A DNA stretch of 64,000 bases from Ascoidea asiatica JCM 7603 (taxonomy: Eukaryota > Fungi > Ascomycota): positions 2,487,521-2,551,520 of the forward strand of contig BCKQ01000001.1 of NCBI GenBank assembly GCA_001600695.1, written 5' to 3'. Positions 62,353 to 64,000 of the stretch are shown piece after piece. The position numbers and the translations under genes are program-made. Each line of letters starts with the position of its first letter. Within the stretch, counting starts at the first letter, position 1. The notes beneath the pieces are model-generated. The model did not search any database and had not been told where the DNA came from. It saw only the letters and a list, made by a program, of their open reading frames with translations.

Positions 62353-64000
62353 TTAACGAGGAATTCCACGACCACGACCTGCTGCTTGTGCTGCCATACT
62401 TGCATCTGCTTTCTGACTTTCTTGATTTTTAATAGTTTCATCAACACTTAAAATTAAACATGCCGCTTCACAAGCACTACTTAATGCATTTTTTTTAATT
62501 AATGTTGGCTCCCAAACAAACTTTTCCATATTATTTGAAATTGATTCAGTCTCAAAATCAATACCTGCCCAAGTTTCTCCTTTTGCATGTGCCATTCTTA
62601 ATTTATTTAAAAGATCGGTACCATCAAATCCTGCATTTTCACATAATTCTCTTGGAATAATTTCTAAAGCTTTTGCATATGCTGCAATGATTAATTGTTG
62701 TTTACCTGCAATAGTTTTTGAATAATCCCTTAAATATTTTGATAATTCCATTTCAATTGCACCACCACCTGCAACAATATCTTTATTTTTAATTGCTCTT
62801 TTAACAATCATAATTGCATCATGTAAAGATCTTTCAACTTCTTCAATAACTTGTTCTGCACCACCTCTTAAAATTAATGAACAAGTTTTTGCCTTTGGAC
62901 AACCATTGAAAATATTATATCTTTTATTACCAATTTGTCTTTCTTCAAATAATTCACATGTACCTAATATATTTTTATTAATATTACTAAATTCAGTGGT
63001 TTCCTCAATATCATTTAAATTAGATACAGTTGTTTGAATTGAACCACCAACTGCACTAATAGTTCTTTCAATATCTTCATTTGAAACTCTACCTGCACAA
63101 AATATATCTCTATCGGCGAAATATTGAGTAGCTAAATCACCTATTGGTAATTTAGATAAAACAATATTTGCACCAGATTTTACAATTAGTTTTAATTTAT
63201 CAAAAATTATATCCCATTCAGCGTCAACAATTGATTGATAATCTTCAACATTGGAAACTCTAATTTCTGCATTATCTCTTTCAGCTTTTAATTCTAATTC
63301 AATATTAAGACAAATAATTTTTGGATTTATAATTTTTTTTGGCTGTTGTTCAAAACCAGCATATGAAAAAGTTTTTTCAAAAGCAACACCTTGAATAAAT
63401 AAAGAGTCATCTATACTACCACCTGGAATTTTTTTAATTCCTATAAAATTTTCATTTAAATCATTTTGATCTAAAGATAAAACGGCATCAACAGCTAATT
63501 TAGTGAAAAAATCAGAAGAATTACTGATTAATTTTGAAGAAATTGCAGTTTTTGCTAATCTAATTAAAGTTTGATAGTTGATTTTTTCTTCACTTTCTTT
63601 GCTTTCATCATTATTTTCTTCATCTATTTCCTCATTATTTTCTTGATCATTATCTTCTTCATTTTCTAATTTCTCATTACTATTACTTGTATTATCAATG
63701 TTATTATATTTATTAATATCTGAAGTCTTGATTGAAATTTGATTGATTTTTTTTATTGCTAAAGAAGTTGCTTTTTTAAAAGCTTTTGCTATTATAATTG
63801 GGGATATACCTTCTTCAATGAAATTCTTTGATTCTTTTAAAAATTCCGAAGCTAATATAGTTACAGTAGTTGTACCGTCACCAACTTCAGAATCCTGAGA
63901 TCTTGAAATATCAACTAAAATTTTTGCAGCAGGATGAATGATATCTAATAATCTTAAAATGGTTGCACCATCATTTGAAATAATTGATTTTCCATTTCCA
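62353..64000 (-). CDS. CCT7: Chaperonin CCT/TRiC eta subunit (5'-partial)
   Basis: Translating from 63999 gives [27 protein letters not shown] and [18 protein letters not shown] (eta-specific), in frame with the C-terminal GRGRG; the track reports only the last 152 aa. Confidence 0.95.
   Translation of the reverse strand, partial: GNGKSIISNDGATILRLLDIIHPAAKILVDISRSQDSEVGDGTTTVTILASEFLKESKNFIEEGISPIIIAKAFKKATSLAIKKINQISIKTSDINKYNNIDNTSNSNEKLENEEDNDQENNEEIDEENNDESKESEEKINYQTLIRLAKTAISSKLISNSSDFFTKLAVDAVLSLDQNDLNENFIGIKKIPGGSIDDSLFIQGVAFEKTFSYAGFEQQPKKIINPKIICLNIELELKAERDNAEIRVSNVEDYQSIVDAEWDIIFDKLKLIVKSGANIVLSKLPIGDLATQYFADRDIFCAGRVSNEDIERTISAVGGSIQTTVSNLNDIEETTEFSNINKNILGTCELFEERQIGNKRYNIFNGCPKAKTCSLILRGGAEQVIEEVERSLHDAIMIVKRAIKNKDIVAGGGAIEMELSKYLRDYSKTIAGKQQLIIAAYAKALEIIPRELCENAGFDGTDLLNKLRMAHAKGETWAGIDFETESISNNMEKFVWEPTLIKKNALSSACEAACLILSVDETIKNQESQKADASMAAQAAGRGRGIPR

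Overview
AT-rich eukaryotic DNA from a budding yeast (Saccharomycotina). Rare spliceosomal introns, heavy Asn-repeat expansion and apparent CTG-codon avoidance point to an Ascoidea/Saccharomycopsis-like lineage (inference). The window holds 17 mostly housekeeping protein genes: RAD16 (5'-partial), an NMA111/YNM3 homologue, ASC1 (spliced), ORC5, RRP40, MKS1-like, UBP3, HRR25/CK1, MRPS16, RPA135, tropomyosin (spliced), AXL2, GFA1, MFG1, NAB6, PHO86 and CCT7 (5'-partial). I found no tRNA, rRNA or CRISPR array and no intact mobile element. The least explained part is the 4.3-kb HRR25-MRPS16 interval. It contains a decayed PWWP/chromo-like ORF, an 8-bp minisatellite, a ~94-nt near-perfect hairpin and a GC-rich, densely base-paired ~500-nt segment that looks like an unannotated structured RNA and includes a telomere-template-like repeat. 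Other points of note are a catalytically dead Nma111 protease, loss of the usual snR24-hosting ASC1 intron, and clusters of Ssd1-type motifs upstream of AXL2 and NAB6. All calls come from manual reading; no database searches were run.
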